Shown: in pieces, positions 50,701-63,400 of the stretch
Position numbering within the stretch: position 1 is the first letter of the stretch
Layout of the letters: each line of letters begins with the position of its first letter
Assembly (NCBI GenBank): GCA_030704615.1
Contig: CM060733.1
Coordinates: 30,814,001 to 30,878,000 of the forward strand
Origin: Takakia lepidozioides
Lineage: Eukaryota; Plantae; Bryophyta
Length of the DNA: 64,000 nucleotides
Direction of reading: 5' to 3'
Position numbers and translations under genes: made by a program
Notes under the pieces: model-generated
Seen by the model: the letters and a program-made list of their open reading frames with translations, nothing else
Database searches by the model: none
Told to the model about the DNA's origin: nothing

Positions 50701-53700
50701 TATATGAAGTTTGATCGAGTGTCTTTGCCCCTTCGTTCACAAAAAGACAGGTAATGTGAGGGGGGGAGATCTGTTCAAAAATGTCACCCCCTGCACAGAA
50801 CCCAAATGAAAAGAAAGGGATGTGTTCCTTACATCTCCCGGATGATTGGCTATCATGCCATCTCCTACTGTCTACGACTCATTAGGCAAGAGCTGAAGCA
50901 ACCCCTAATCAAGTGGACCTGGAAATCTGCAACACCCCTTCAAATTAAGTTACCGTTCTACAAGAACCTTCCTCGTCCTCTGCAAGGATAGCATCTGTAA
51001 CATACTTGTGCCTCTCTGTCCCTCTCTTCTCCAGGCACTGGTATGATTCATGGTAGGGCTCAAGTCATGTTTATTCAGAGGACAATTCTAGATGAACAAG
51101 ACGGCCGGTTGAGGGATTGGGGGCCTGAGGATAGAGACTAGCAGATGGGACCTCCTGCAGCATGTCGAACTCCTTTGTCTTGTGCTAGACAGACAGGCTG
51201 CAGATTTGAGACTGGATAACATTTTTCTTTCACTATCCTCTCTACTACAAAATCCGGGACCGCTACCTTTGCATATTTAAAGCCAACCAATCCCTTACAG
51301 TGTCTTCCCTTACCAAATCAGAGATACCCTGCACAAGACTCTTCATCTAAGAGAATCTCTCGTTGTTGTGGCTGATTGTTGGGGGCCTCACATTTCATCT
51401 TTCTTCCATTTTGTCCCATAAGCTCTTTGAGCTTTCCACGGATGCTATAAAGTACCATTTCATTTCATGTCATTTCTTCCATTACGAGGATCAGAAATGC
51501 TTGGCAGCGTACCTGCAAGAGGCTTTCCCTTAGGCATCCCTTGAGCAGTAGCTGCTTTTGGGGTGCTTTTTGGCTTTGGTTGTCCCATAAGCTCTTTGAG
51601 CTTTCTGTAGACGTTATAAAGTACCATTTCGTTTCATTTCTTGTTTTCTATTTCCTTGTTCCATAAGCTCTTTGAGCCTCCCATGAGCATTATAAAGGTT
51701 CTTTCTTCACGTCCTAACCCTCTCTCTGTTCCCCTTTCCTCCACCAACCTTGGGAATGCAAGGCGTTTTGTCTCCAGGTAGTCATTGAGACCCTTATTGA
51801 CAAGATCGAGCTGCTGATTATTTTCGAGAAGGGTTTTCAACAATTCTTCATCACTCCCAGCAATCAGAACCTCGGGATTACGCGCAAGCTTCTCCATAAT
51901 TTTGCGCCATGAGCCATCAACAGACTGGAAGCGGTGGCCCTCCACTGGCATTTGCATCATGATGTCCTCTGATGTGAATATGGGCTCCAAGTACATCCAT
52001 GACTGCTGACACTTGAGCCACTCATCCAACACCTACCATTCCAGTCAATGTAGCAACTACAAGGATCACCCCAAATTTCTCAAGCATCATGTGCAAATCA
52101 AGTGCCAATTTGAACTCTCTTTCAGGAAATTAAAACTGAAGAACACTTCTTCTATTATTGCCCTCTATATTGTGAGATCTGTGGGATTCCACTGTCTATT
52201 CCACGGAACTCAATCTCTCACTGAAGTCTTCCTGAGGATCAGAATGTTGGAAAATCACTGGCGTATGGTCGGGCTAGGGATTGAACCTAGGACCTCCCCC
52301 ATTCCGGTGGGGTGCTCTACCACTGAGCTACCCGTCCCTTTCTGTTCTCAGTGCCGTGCAAGGGCTATAGCCTTGACACCTCCAACACTCTCCCTCAAGG
52401 CATAGCCCTTATAGCTGATGCCCACCCATTCTGACCACCGCCCCAACCTTGGCTCTGATACCATGTTGGAAAACCACTGGCGTATGGTCAGGCTAGGGAT
52501 TGAACCTAGGACCTCCCCCATTGCAAGCTCTCCCTTGATTTGCTGGTACAATGCTCTTGAAATAGTGGTAAGTTTTGCTGCAAGCTCTCCTTAGTGGAGT
52601 TCAATAATGATAGTGCTCAATAGTCCAGATTATACGCTCCTACAGGGATTAGGCTATAAGCTGCAAGTTCTCCTTTTGCTCTCCTTTTGCTCTCACACCA
52701 CCATGAAATTCAAAAATGACAGTGCTCAATAGTGCAGGTACGCTGGTACAGGGCTCTTAAAATTGTGGTTATAAGCTCCAAGCTCTCCCTTTGCTCTCAC
52801 ACCAGTGTTTTTTAATCTGCCAAAAAATCGCCGGATTTAGACCTGGAAAATGGGTCAACTAGTTTTATAAAGGAATTGCGAGAGTAAATTTTTTAAAAAA
52901 AATCACCAGAAAGCACCAATGGTCAAATATTAGGAGCCAGATTTACCACTGAGCTACCCGTCCCTTTCTGTTCTCAGAGTGCCGTGCAAGGGCTATAGCC
53001 TTGACACCTCCAACACAGAAATGCTTGGCAGCTTACCTGCACGAGGCCTTGACCCTTAGACAATCCCTTGAGCAGTACTTGCTTTTGGGCTGTTTTCTGG
53101 CTCTGGTTTTGCTTCCTCTCTCATGTTTTTCCCATTTTGTCCCATAAGCTCTTTGAGCTTTCTGCGGATGTTAAGTACCATCTCATTTCATCTCATTTCA
53201 ATTTCTCTCTCATGTTTTTTTCCATTTTGTCCCATAAGCTCTATGAGATGTACCATTTCATTTCATTTCTCTTACAGCTGCGACTATGCCTTCTAGCGAG
53301 GTCAGGAAGGCTAAGACTTATCTTGATGATGAAGCTGTTGGAGGTGTCAAGGCTATAGCCCTTGCACGGCACTCTGAGAACAGAACGGGACGGGTAGCTC
53401 AGTGGTAGAGCACCCCACCGGAATGGGGGAGGTCCTAGGTTCAATCCCTAGCCCGACCACACGCCAGTGGTTTTCCAACATGGTATCAGAGCCAAGGTTT
53501 GGGCGGTGGCCAGAATGGGTGGGCATTACCATAACGGCTATGCCTTGAGGGGGAGTGTTGGAGGTGTCAAGGCTATAGCCCTTGCACGGCACTCTGAGAA
53601 CAGAACGGGACGGGTAGCTCAGTGGTAGAGCACCCCACCAGAATGGGGGAGGTCCTAGGTTCAATCCCTAGCCCGACCACACACCAGTGGTTTTCCAACA

Positions 53701-56700
53701 GAAGCTGCCACTACCAGTGTAAGCGTTTAAAGAGGGTCCCCACAGACCACCTCTCCACTGCTCTATCCAGACTCCATCCATAGCCACAAACATCTAGATA
53801 CAAGCACTCTGAAAATGTTACAGAGATGGGTACCGTCCCTAATGGAGAATCAGCTTCAATTAAGCTTTAATCAGGCCAACTGCTTGAGCAAGCTGATTGA
53901 AGCTTTGAAGCTTCAAGCAAGCTTTTATCAAGCTATAATGGGGAACCAGATCAGGTTGTGCTTAGAAAGTGAGATCGTTTGTGGGCCTTGATATAGGCTG
54001 CCTCATTACAGAAGAATACAGCATGCTCCATTGCAACAAATGGTCTACCATACAGCATGCAACAAGTAACCCTGGAGCCAAGTTGAATTCGGGAAGCAAT
54101 AGCTTTATGCACTCTTTAAAGCTCTAAGCTAGAGGACATATGTGGAATACCCAATAAACACAGCAACAAGACTGTCAACCACAATAATATTTCCAAAAGA
54201 AATATATATAGTCAGGTGTTGACAGCTAGAGGGTTAGCGTACCTCTTGAACCAAGTTGAGCTTGCCAAGCCACAGCTTGACCCGATCTTCAAATGGCCCA
54301 ATGTAGGGTGATGTTGCCAAAGACTGTGTTTTCACCAGATGCTCCTCCAGCATTTGCTGTAGGTCATCCACCCCACGCAGAATCGATGTGCCTGTTGCGT
54401 GCCACAGGGCATACTCAAATTGGACACCATTCCACGCTGCTTGCATTTTATCAAGATTTTGCTCAACACCGTACTCTTTGCTTGAGAATTCACTAACCTG
54501 TTAGCAAGGCAACCTCCATCAGGTTTGTCATTACAAGGGCTGTGTTCCATAGGTCTAAGTGCCTAATGCTGTAGCAAATCTCCGGCACACAATAGCATAC
54601 ACCGGACATCTATGCATGCTCAGGATTGAGGGTGATTGAAAACCGGAACATGAAACTACTTCCTAACACAGAAAAGATAGTGCACACATCAAACTGAACC
54701 TCACTTCTAGTAGATTCTGACATGAGAGATACAAGTGTTTTCTGTATTCAATGAGCAAGAGGAGTTTCAAAGACATTACATCATATGACATTGATTTTCA
54801 AAGACAGTACATCATATGACTTTGATTTCTAAAGAAACAAGCCCATCCCATCACACTCACATTGTTGATGTGATCCTAGCATGATGGGAGCACCCCACGT
54901 CTCTCCAAGATCTAGACAAGACCGCCTGAACAGAAAAGCCCTCAGAACTAAAGACCTTTCTGCACCTAGCACATGAAAATTTCCCAAACCAATGGCACGT
55001 TAAATGCCAGGCAGGGTGATGCCCCTCAAAGTTTCAGAATGCTTCCAAGTGTACGATTTCTCAAGCACCATGTCAGAACCGGGTGAGAGGTAAGTAATTG
55101 GGCCTGATTGTGGAGTATCAAAAAGATCAAAGGCCTCTTCTCTGCACACTGGTCCCTCACATCCCCACAAGCAATGCTTCAAGGATGTCTCATGTGTGAC
55201 AGTGCAGACTTGAGAGGCAGTGGGGGTGCAATATAGGGTTTAGGTTTTCAGGTGGAGAACTTCAGATTCATGCTGTTGTGCTGCCTCCCCACATCAAAGG
55301 AGGTTCTTACCTCATCAAGGATAGCAATGTATTTCGGTAGCTCCAGCTTCAGAGCAGCATTCACAGTAAAGCTCTCTGTTGCCCGCACTTCAAACCCAAG
55401 CTTCTCACTCAGCATCTTGTAATGGCGATCGCGCATACCCGGATTGCGAAGCGCTGCAATCATTGGGCAATTTACCTGGAAAAAGAGCAGCATAAATGAA
55501 CAGCATCTCACAAGAATCCAATATTTGAAATCACAGACTACTGAGCATATAACAAGAAAGACTTCCACCAGACACGCAGAGAAAACGAAGAATTATGTTG
55601 CCTGATAAAAGGACCCCCCCAAAATAGATATAGGCTGACAGAGATGCCCAAAAGTTATGTTCAAGCAGTATCAAATCTGATAGGAAACAGATCTGAAAGC
55701 TGAAATTCTTGGAAACCTAATGGCACTTGGTCCCTCCTTCATAGGTTACCTGGAAGACCTCAATTCGCTTCTTCAAGATTTCTGCTACTATCTTGGCTGG
55801 GCCGGTCAGCAGTTTCGCACATCTGGCAGATGACCGAAACCACATGTCAACATTGTCTAACACAGTTTCTGCAACGAGTAGATTGAAGGGCCCGTCCATC
55901 CACTGTGGCAACACCCTTAGGAAGTCCCCAGCAGTATGCCAGACCAAACTGTAGTTCTCAAACTCACTTTGAAGGTTATCAACTTCCGGGAACTCCGATA
56001 TCATTGCGTCAAAGATCTGAACCAAGATCCAACACACACCTTTTTCATTGGAAAAATGTACTTTTGGGAGATGGATTAGGTGAGGAGGAGAGGGAGCGGG
56101 GGAAGGGCATTGGGGTGGGAGCTTACCACTTCTCGAGCATTATATAATTCAGCCCTGTTAACAATGTCTTGCAGCTTCTCTTCAATCTCCCCTAAAATCA
56201 CCACACGTTCCTCCCATGACTCAATTTCACCCAGCTTCATAAACTCATGGCATTCCTCTGTTAAGTTCTTGACATCTATTTTCAGCTGCTTTGTATCACG
56301 CGCGAGTTCATTTGTGAACATAACCTGTCCACCGCCCAGGGAGAAACATAACAGTGTGGTTCAGAGTATGACCCTGATAGATCTCACTTTTTCTGGATCT
56401 CAGTTTTCACAGTCAGTGGGGAGCATAGGCCAAACCCCTTTACTGCGTCTTTGTTGTTGTTCTACTTTGTCTTCTTCGTTCACTTCTTCTTTGACTTCTG
56501 TTCATTTTCCATTCCAGAAAAACACAAGAAAGTTCCTATATTTGAATATACAAACAAACAGATAGAAATAAACAGAAAAGACAAGCCCAGCCAGGAGCAA
56601 GGGTAAAGGAAGACAAGCACCATACCCTCTGCTGGGCAAGTCGGGTCTCTACAGACGACATTGCCAGGCCAATTCTTTGTGGCCAACCAACGGTAATCCA

Positions 56701-59700
56701 GTAGCACTCACTGTGCTTGTCAGGTACGTCAAATGACTTGCGATTCAGCATCATCCAGACCTATACCCCTCCACATGAATTCTCTAGCTTACTTATGTCA
56801 CAAGGCCTCTCCATCTTTGGTCTTTACCAGGCAGGCACGTACTGCATCCATCTTAGTTTGGGTTTGAAGATCTTATTTCGAAGTTCCTTTTGTTCCATTA
56901 GGCCCTTTGAGCATCCAGTGGATATAATAACTTTTATTCTTCTTCTCTCTTCCCTCTGTAGTCTGCCAATTGAGAGGCCCTCTTAGAAACCATTAAACTC
57001 TGAATCTGGGGTTAATACTGGCAGCAATTTATACTAAGTCAAGAGCTACAAGCAAACCTGGAAGAAAAGAACCCACTTTCAGACATCCCATTACTGGAGT
57101 AAAGCCCTAAGTACTGGCTAACCAATGTGGCCCGCTTTCTGCTCTCGTCCCTTTTAGTCTTTCCTGCTTAGCCCAAACCCGCAAGCAGAGCTTATGCCCA
57201 CAGGACTACAGCAAGCAAAACCTCATGAGTACTTGCTCACTCGCTTTGTTCATAATACTACGACACTCCTAGGGAGACTGGTTGCGTACTTAGTTCATCC
57301 ACAACTCCCTCTCTCTCCCTCCAGATGTATCTCCCCACCTCCCTCCCTAAAAGCTTGGCAGAAAGGGTGCCCACATTTTCAGTATTCTTGACTTGGCCCC
57401 AAAGCGATTTAATTGGGTCTTTGGCATCCATATGGTAGTCGCGCATCTTAGCTAGCTGCTCAGCATTGTCCATCGGACTGCAAACAGCAACAAAATTGGA
57501 CAAATGTACTGTCAGCAGAGTTGACCACCGTACCAGCGGCTCAACAAGTGAACGCAGCTACTTACAAGTCTCTCCTGCACACCACTCAATCCCCATAACC
57601 AGTCCTCACCATTACAGAGACGCTAAGCAAGTTAAGATAACTTTCATACCCTGGTGCATTAAAACCACACAAAAGGATGTGGAGATCCAATACCAGCCTT
57701 TTCCATTTTCCCTTGTTCCCCCATTTATTTTCCCTGTCTATTCATCAAAAGGAAACAAAACCAGAGAGGATTACCCTAGCAGCACTGCTTCAATCTCCTG
57801 ATACTGTTTCTGAATAGCTTCATTTTTCTCAGTTGTTATATCCATGATTTGGGTCAACAGACTCAATGCGAGGCCCTTTGATTTCAAGGAGAGATCCTCG
57901 CGAACTATCTCGCAATTGACGACAAACATCTCATATCTGCACTCCCCGTGAGACTGGACCAATGCCGCATCTGCCACCTGCTTGTCAGTTAGCAAAACCA
58001 TGAGTACTCCACATCACCAGAACCCTCTTGGATACTACTAGCAAGTATTACTGAAAAATGGACAGATGACAAAACAGATAGCAAACTAAACACTCGATTG
58101 AGAACTTCCAACCTCGATATAGTGAGTGATCTTTGCTTCATACTCCTCCACTGAGTGATTTTCTTTTCTAAATGTCGCCAAAAACTCATCCACAATGAGG
58201 CCTGCCAGGCCATTGAAAATAAAGTAGCTTGTTTCTAGCTCTTTAGGTCTTACAAAGCTTTGTTGCAATATGTCCTGCACCAACACCAATCCCAGCAGGT
58301 TAGTGTGTGCAACTCTCTTTCTTCCCTTCTTTCTCCCATTTCATTTCATTTCATTTCTTCCACTATCTTTTCCTATTTCTTTTTTAACGGGGAAAGACAC
58401 ATAATACCCGAAAAACCAAACACCATAAGCACAATCTTAGCATGCCAAGACATGTAACCTCTGGCAGGGACAGTGGACAAGAGAATCACCAAGAGCAAAC
58501 AGACCACCAGAAATTGGTCAAGTTACCCACTGTCAAGGAAAAAGAAATTCAATCAAACGTTAAAGCCATGAGACACCCACTACTATTGTGCCCGTCAAAA
58601 ACCTGGTAAGGTAATACAAACAAAGCCTAGGGTATGTCTTACAAAATGGTGGACAATCACAAAGGAGAGAGGCTAAACAGACAATGAACAGTCAAAAGGC
58701 GTGATGAATAAGTTCTCAGCCTCTGCACCAGGTGTAGTTTAAAGCATCTTTTGGAGCAGGTAATGAGCACGGAATTGAAACAACATGAAAGTAAAAGTCA
58801 AACCACAACAGGAATGAGAGTAAGTTTTGGACCTTAATGGTTTTTTTTGCAAGCACTACCAGTTTATGATCATCAGTTACGGCTGTCATTGTCTTTGTAC
58901 TGTTCAAATGGAGGATGTCCTCAAGCCTTGACTCAAGATCATCGATGCCGCTCATCATCTCCAGCATTAGATCTAATATCTCTATCACAGCCGCTTCCAC
59001 TTCTTCAAGTAATGGAAGGTACTCAAAATGGTCCACCGACAACATCAATTTGATGACAAACATGGGGGTTTTGGGAGCATCTTCTACTGCCTTAGGCTTT
59101 TCAGGCATAGCTGGGATCTCGTCCTCTGGGAGCCTTGCAGTGAAATAATCCTCCCAAATCTTTTTGTACATGCTGACTGAGTGTAAAACTATGTCCTGCA
59201 GCTGCTCACTCATGGTGAGGGAGAGGCGACGAATGAATGACACAATCTTAGCTCTCGATGCGTCCGGCATTGCTGCCCCATGCGGTATAAGTTCATCAAT
59301 CATACCTACGACATTTGATATCCACCTGTGCACAGTTCACGTGCTTCCAACACTATCAGTTGCTTTCTATTAACTTCCCTGGAATCCAAATCAAATACAA
59401 AAATAAAACATTATTCATTATGACATTCTTGGACACCAAGAGGCTCTAAAACAAGTGGGCACTCACAAGGGAAAGCAGCTACAGAAAAATGTCCGCATGC
59501 TCTGATTCTCAAAAAGAATGGCCACTACAACCTCCTTAAGGAAAGACTGCAAACCACTACCTGGCAACTGCAAAACTATCTATCCCCAGTCCAGTACCTC
59601 ACCAGGGAAAAGCTCAACAAGGAGAAGACAATCATTTATTCCAACATTAACCCCAACTTTGCCAAGGAAGCCCAAGGCACCAAACACCTTCTGGCCCCCT

Positions 59701-60409
59701 CGCCAGTGCATCGCGGCTAAGTTGATCCTTGTGGATGAAGGAAGTAAAGTACCAGGAGGCACCACATGGATGTTGTTGTAACTCTGGTGGAAAAAGAAGA
59801 GACATCACACAAAAACTAAAGAAATCCAGCAGGGCTTCAGCATACCAAGTGAACCACCAACAAGCAGACAGACTGGGTGGAGAATGTCAAGGTGTAGTGG
59901 GTTCTCATAGAGTGCAAGTTGTATTTCGTCTTCTCCTTTTCTATAATTGTCATGTCCTGCCCTTTATCCAAGAGAAAGAAGGCAGACCACGGCAAGGAAA
60001 GACAATGTACACGTTTTTGAAGTGGTCTGTAGTCACGCTTATGTAGTTTTCAAGCTCCAGTCGGAAATCAGTTAGTGTCCATGGCCGGGGCTCCGTGTTA
60101 ATGTCCGGGCTAAGCAGCACTGCATCACTTATGTCCATCTCCTTGTTAAACCTTTTCAATGCAAGCAGAAAGGCCTCCTCTGCCACACACAGTTTGCTTG
60201 CAATCTCTTCTCTCAAAGTGAAAAATGTCACATATTCTGCATAGGGCACTGGTGCACACCCTTGGCTGCACAGTAAAAACAGCAATTCAGGTAAAAATTG
60301 AAGTATGGAGAGAGTTTACTGTTCGTAAGCTGTCTCTCGATGTAATAATAAACTAACAGAACAGAAGTAATAATATTTCTTTCTTTCTTTTTTAAGTACC
60401 ATCCCTGCA

Positions 60410-60442
<33 letters not shown>

Positions 60443-63400
60443 GGTCGATGGCCACAAGGCTACGGCAAACAACGTCTTATGAGTACAATCTCTCTCTCTC
60501 TCTCTCTTTCTCTTAAACTGATGGCGGGAAGCCTAGCTGGCTTTCGGAGGAACAGGGGCTGTGTGGATCATATCTTCACTCTAAGCCAGATTATCCAGGG
60601 AAGGGAATAAGAAGGGAAACCCACTTTTGTCTTTTTCTTGGATGTCAAAAAGGCTTATGACACAGTGTGGAGAGATGGTCTATGGCTCCGACTCTGGTCA
60701 TCTGAGATCAAGGGAAAGATGTGGAGAGTGGTCCATAACTTGTATGCTCACACCAAAAGCTGTGTCACTGGTAATGGACAGAAGTCTAACTTCTTTGACA
60801 CAGACCATGGTGTAGCTCAAGGATGTACCCTCTCCCCTCTGCTCTTCAATGTTTTCATCAATCAACTCCTCGAGGATGTGGAAAGTGAGGGATTTGGGTT
60901 AAGGGTGGGTGATGCCACAGCCCTTACGTTTGTGGATGACTTCACAGGCATAGGGGAGACTCCTTCCAATCTCCAGGAGTTAATTGATTGCGCGAAGAGA
61001 TACTTTGACCTTTGGGGGCTAGAGGCTAACCTCAGTAAATGCGCAGTGGTGGCATTCAACAACCGAGGGGAGGGAGGAGGTGATCTCAAGTGGCAGTGGG
61101 GAAGCCAAGAGATTCTGGTCCTCCCTTCCTACACATACCTTGGCGTTGAGTTTTCCTCCAACTGTCATATTTAAAAAAGTCGTTCAATCTGGCAAGTGCA
61201 AAGTGCTGGATCTCACTAAATTTTTCCACTGCAGAGGGATCAACTCTGAAGTCCAAAAAACCATGCTTTGCCGCGTTATTAGGCCTGCCTTGGAGTACGC
61301 ATCTGCAGTATGGGTTGGTAACTCCAACCAGGCTAAGTCGCTAGAATCCATTCAAGTGGGGGTGCTCAAGGAGTGCATGTCAGCATGCTCCAAAACAGCC
61401 AACATGGCTGTTTGGGGTGAGTTTGGCATCTCTTCCTTAAGCTCCCGACGAGATGAATTCACGGTCAGGTCAGCTGCAACATATGTCTAATATCAGATAT
61501 CCTAAGTTAATCGACTCAATATATTGGAAGCAGGATCACCCTGTCAAACAGGTCAAGTCCTGGCGGAAGAGAGTAGAAGATATTATCAAGGATATAAATC
61601 TAAGCTGATGAAAATGGAGAGGCCATCATGGATGACCTCAAGGGTTTACCCACCCTCGGCACTAGACGGAAATGTAAACTCAGGGCGGGAAGCCTACCTT
61701 TGAACAGCAAACAGATGCAGAGAGGAAAGAGGGATTGCAATTGCCCATTGTGTGGGCAACCTGAAAACAGTACTCATTTTCTGATTCATTGTCCTGGGTA
61801 CTCTCACAAGAGAGACGCCCTCTTCAAATCCATCAAAGGAAATGTGCATGAACCTCTGTTTACCAACTTTGAAAGTCTCGAGGCTGAGCCAAAGCCCAGG
61901 CCCTTTTGGGGCCTAATTATTGGGCAAACCACACACAGCAGATTGATGCTTGTGTCTAGAGGATATCTGGGAAACTTGGATTAATTGTCTGTTCCAAGGT
62001 AAGTCATACTACCGGCGTCAGCCCCTGACAAAGGTACATTCTATCCCTTTGTGTTCCACTCAAACGGCGCACGGGGTCAATGGCCACAAGGCTACGGCGA
62101 ACAACGAGAGGGGGACAGAGAGAGAGAATGTACTCATAAGATCTCCAAATAAATAGTAAAATCAAGAACTCTGCAATCGGGCTGTTGATGCCCAGTGCCT
62201 CTTGTGAGCACCTTAATGGCAGTTGCAGGAAAATAAGTTTATACCTGCAGCTGAGCTGCAGGGATAAGCTAAACCCTGGTGGGTGCGAACCACACAAAAT
62301 GCTCCGGGAGGGTTAGTTTCTCTAGGGGTCAATGGCCATAAGGCAACGTTTGCAGGGAACAGCATGAATCTCTAACTCTCTCTCTTGCTCCCCAAACAGA
62401 CATAACTTTTTATTTTTCCTTTCTTTCTTTCTTTCTTTCTTTCTCGAGCAATAGTTCTTATTCTTGGCTCTGATTTCCTCTCACATTTTCTTCCATTTTG
62501 TCCCATAAGCTCTATGAGCTTTTCACGGACGTTATAAAGCACCATTTCATTTCATTTCACTTCTATCCTTCCTTTCCTTTCTTTCTCAGAGAACCTCTGG
62601 ACATTGAATAATGGTTGCTGTTGGGCTTGAGGGCCCCATTTCTTTCCTTCTTGTATAATTCTTTCTTCTGTCCCATAAGCTTTTTGAGCTTCTCTTGGAC
62701 ATAAATAATTTCCTTTCTTTCTTTCTCTCCCTGGATTTGGACATACCTTACAAGGTCACTGAAAGCAGTATAACAACTACAAACTTATCTGTTTGGACTC
62801 GTACCAACTTCACTATCCCCTTTCCCAAATCTGCTCTGGACATGAGGTCAGTAGCCGCAAGGCGGAGTCCAAGCACTGTGTTTCTCTTTCTCTTCATTTT
62901 CATATCACAAGACCAAGGGAAATACTAGTCCATCTTCCCGTTGTATCTGTTCCTCTGTCTTACTCCCTTCATCCCCCAACAAGCTCGAGAGCAAAGGCAT
63001 ATTTACTCACTGAGGTGACGGGATGGTCTGCTCTACTCCAGGAAAGATCTGCAAACCAAGAAAATGTGAAATCTCCTCTTCATCAGCAACCTGAAACCGG
63101 TAATCCAAAATTGCTTTGTTCACTGCCAAGCGATACACGACTCTCAGCTCGTCCATGAACTCAGTGATCGTTTGTGGGTAGCGCTGGCTTAGACCCAAAC
63201 CAGCACGCACTTCCAGCCGCCTCCTCAGAGCATTGTCCACCAAGTCAGGATTCTCAAATGTAAGGGCTTCCAAATATGAAGAGTATCGCTGCCAGTGATC
63301 ACAGTGACCAGATATGAGACAGTGACAGTGAGAGAAACCCATACACAGGGACGATATCCAGGGAATACCGAGACTTACCATCTGAGATTCCACCTTAGTT

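Larger units (their letters stand above)
52245..53015 (-). mobile_element. tRNA-LTR TRIM, copy 2 (inverted; 5' LTR interrupted by a ~420-bp insertion)
   Basis: TSD CAGAA (52240-52244 and 53016-53020); 3' LTR 52245-52387; PPT complement 52388-52397; PBS complement GGCTCTGATACCA 52451-52463; split 5' LTR at 52464-52522 and 52944-53015. Confidence 0.9.
52130..53270 (+). mobile_element. LINE family A fragment that hosts the inverted TRIM copy
   Basis: LINE sequence ...GAAGTCTTCCTGAGGATCAGAA is interrupted at 52245 and resumes at 53016 with CAGAAATGCTTGGCAGCTTACCTGC, ending in CATTT tails at ~53180 and ~53255. Confidence 0.8.
53336..53700 (+). mobile_element. Intact TRIM (365 bp) with tRNA-derived LTRs
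   Basis: LTRs 53336-53480 and 53556-53700 (145 bp, 2 mismatches, ends TGTTGGA...TCCAACA); PBS TGGTATCAGAGCC 53481-53493 (initiator-Met type); PPT GAGGGGGAG 53547-53555; 5-bp TSD GAAGC. Confidence 0.95.

Noticed and set aside
50755-51392. Solo LTR (TGTGAGG...CCTCACA), or a PPT-like G-run followed by an LTR
   Set aside because: There is no matching TSD and no second copy in the window, so it cannot be supported without a genome search.
53388-53459. Functional tRNA gene or simple tRNA-SINE
   Set aside because: The anticodon loop is non-canonical and the acceptor stem has a mismatch. All copies sit inside LTRs with PBS, PPT and 5-bp TSDs, and none has a SINE-type tail.
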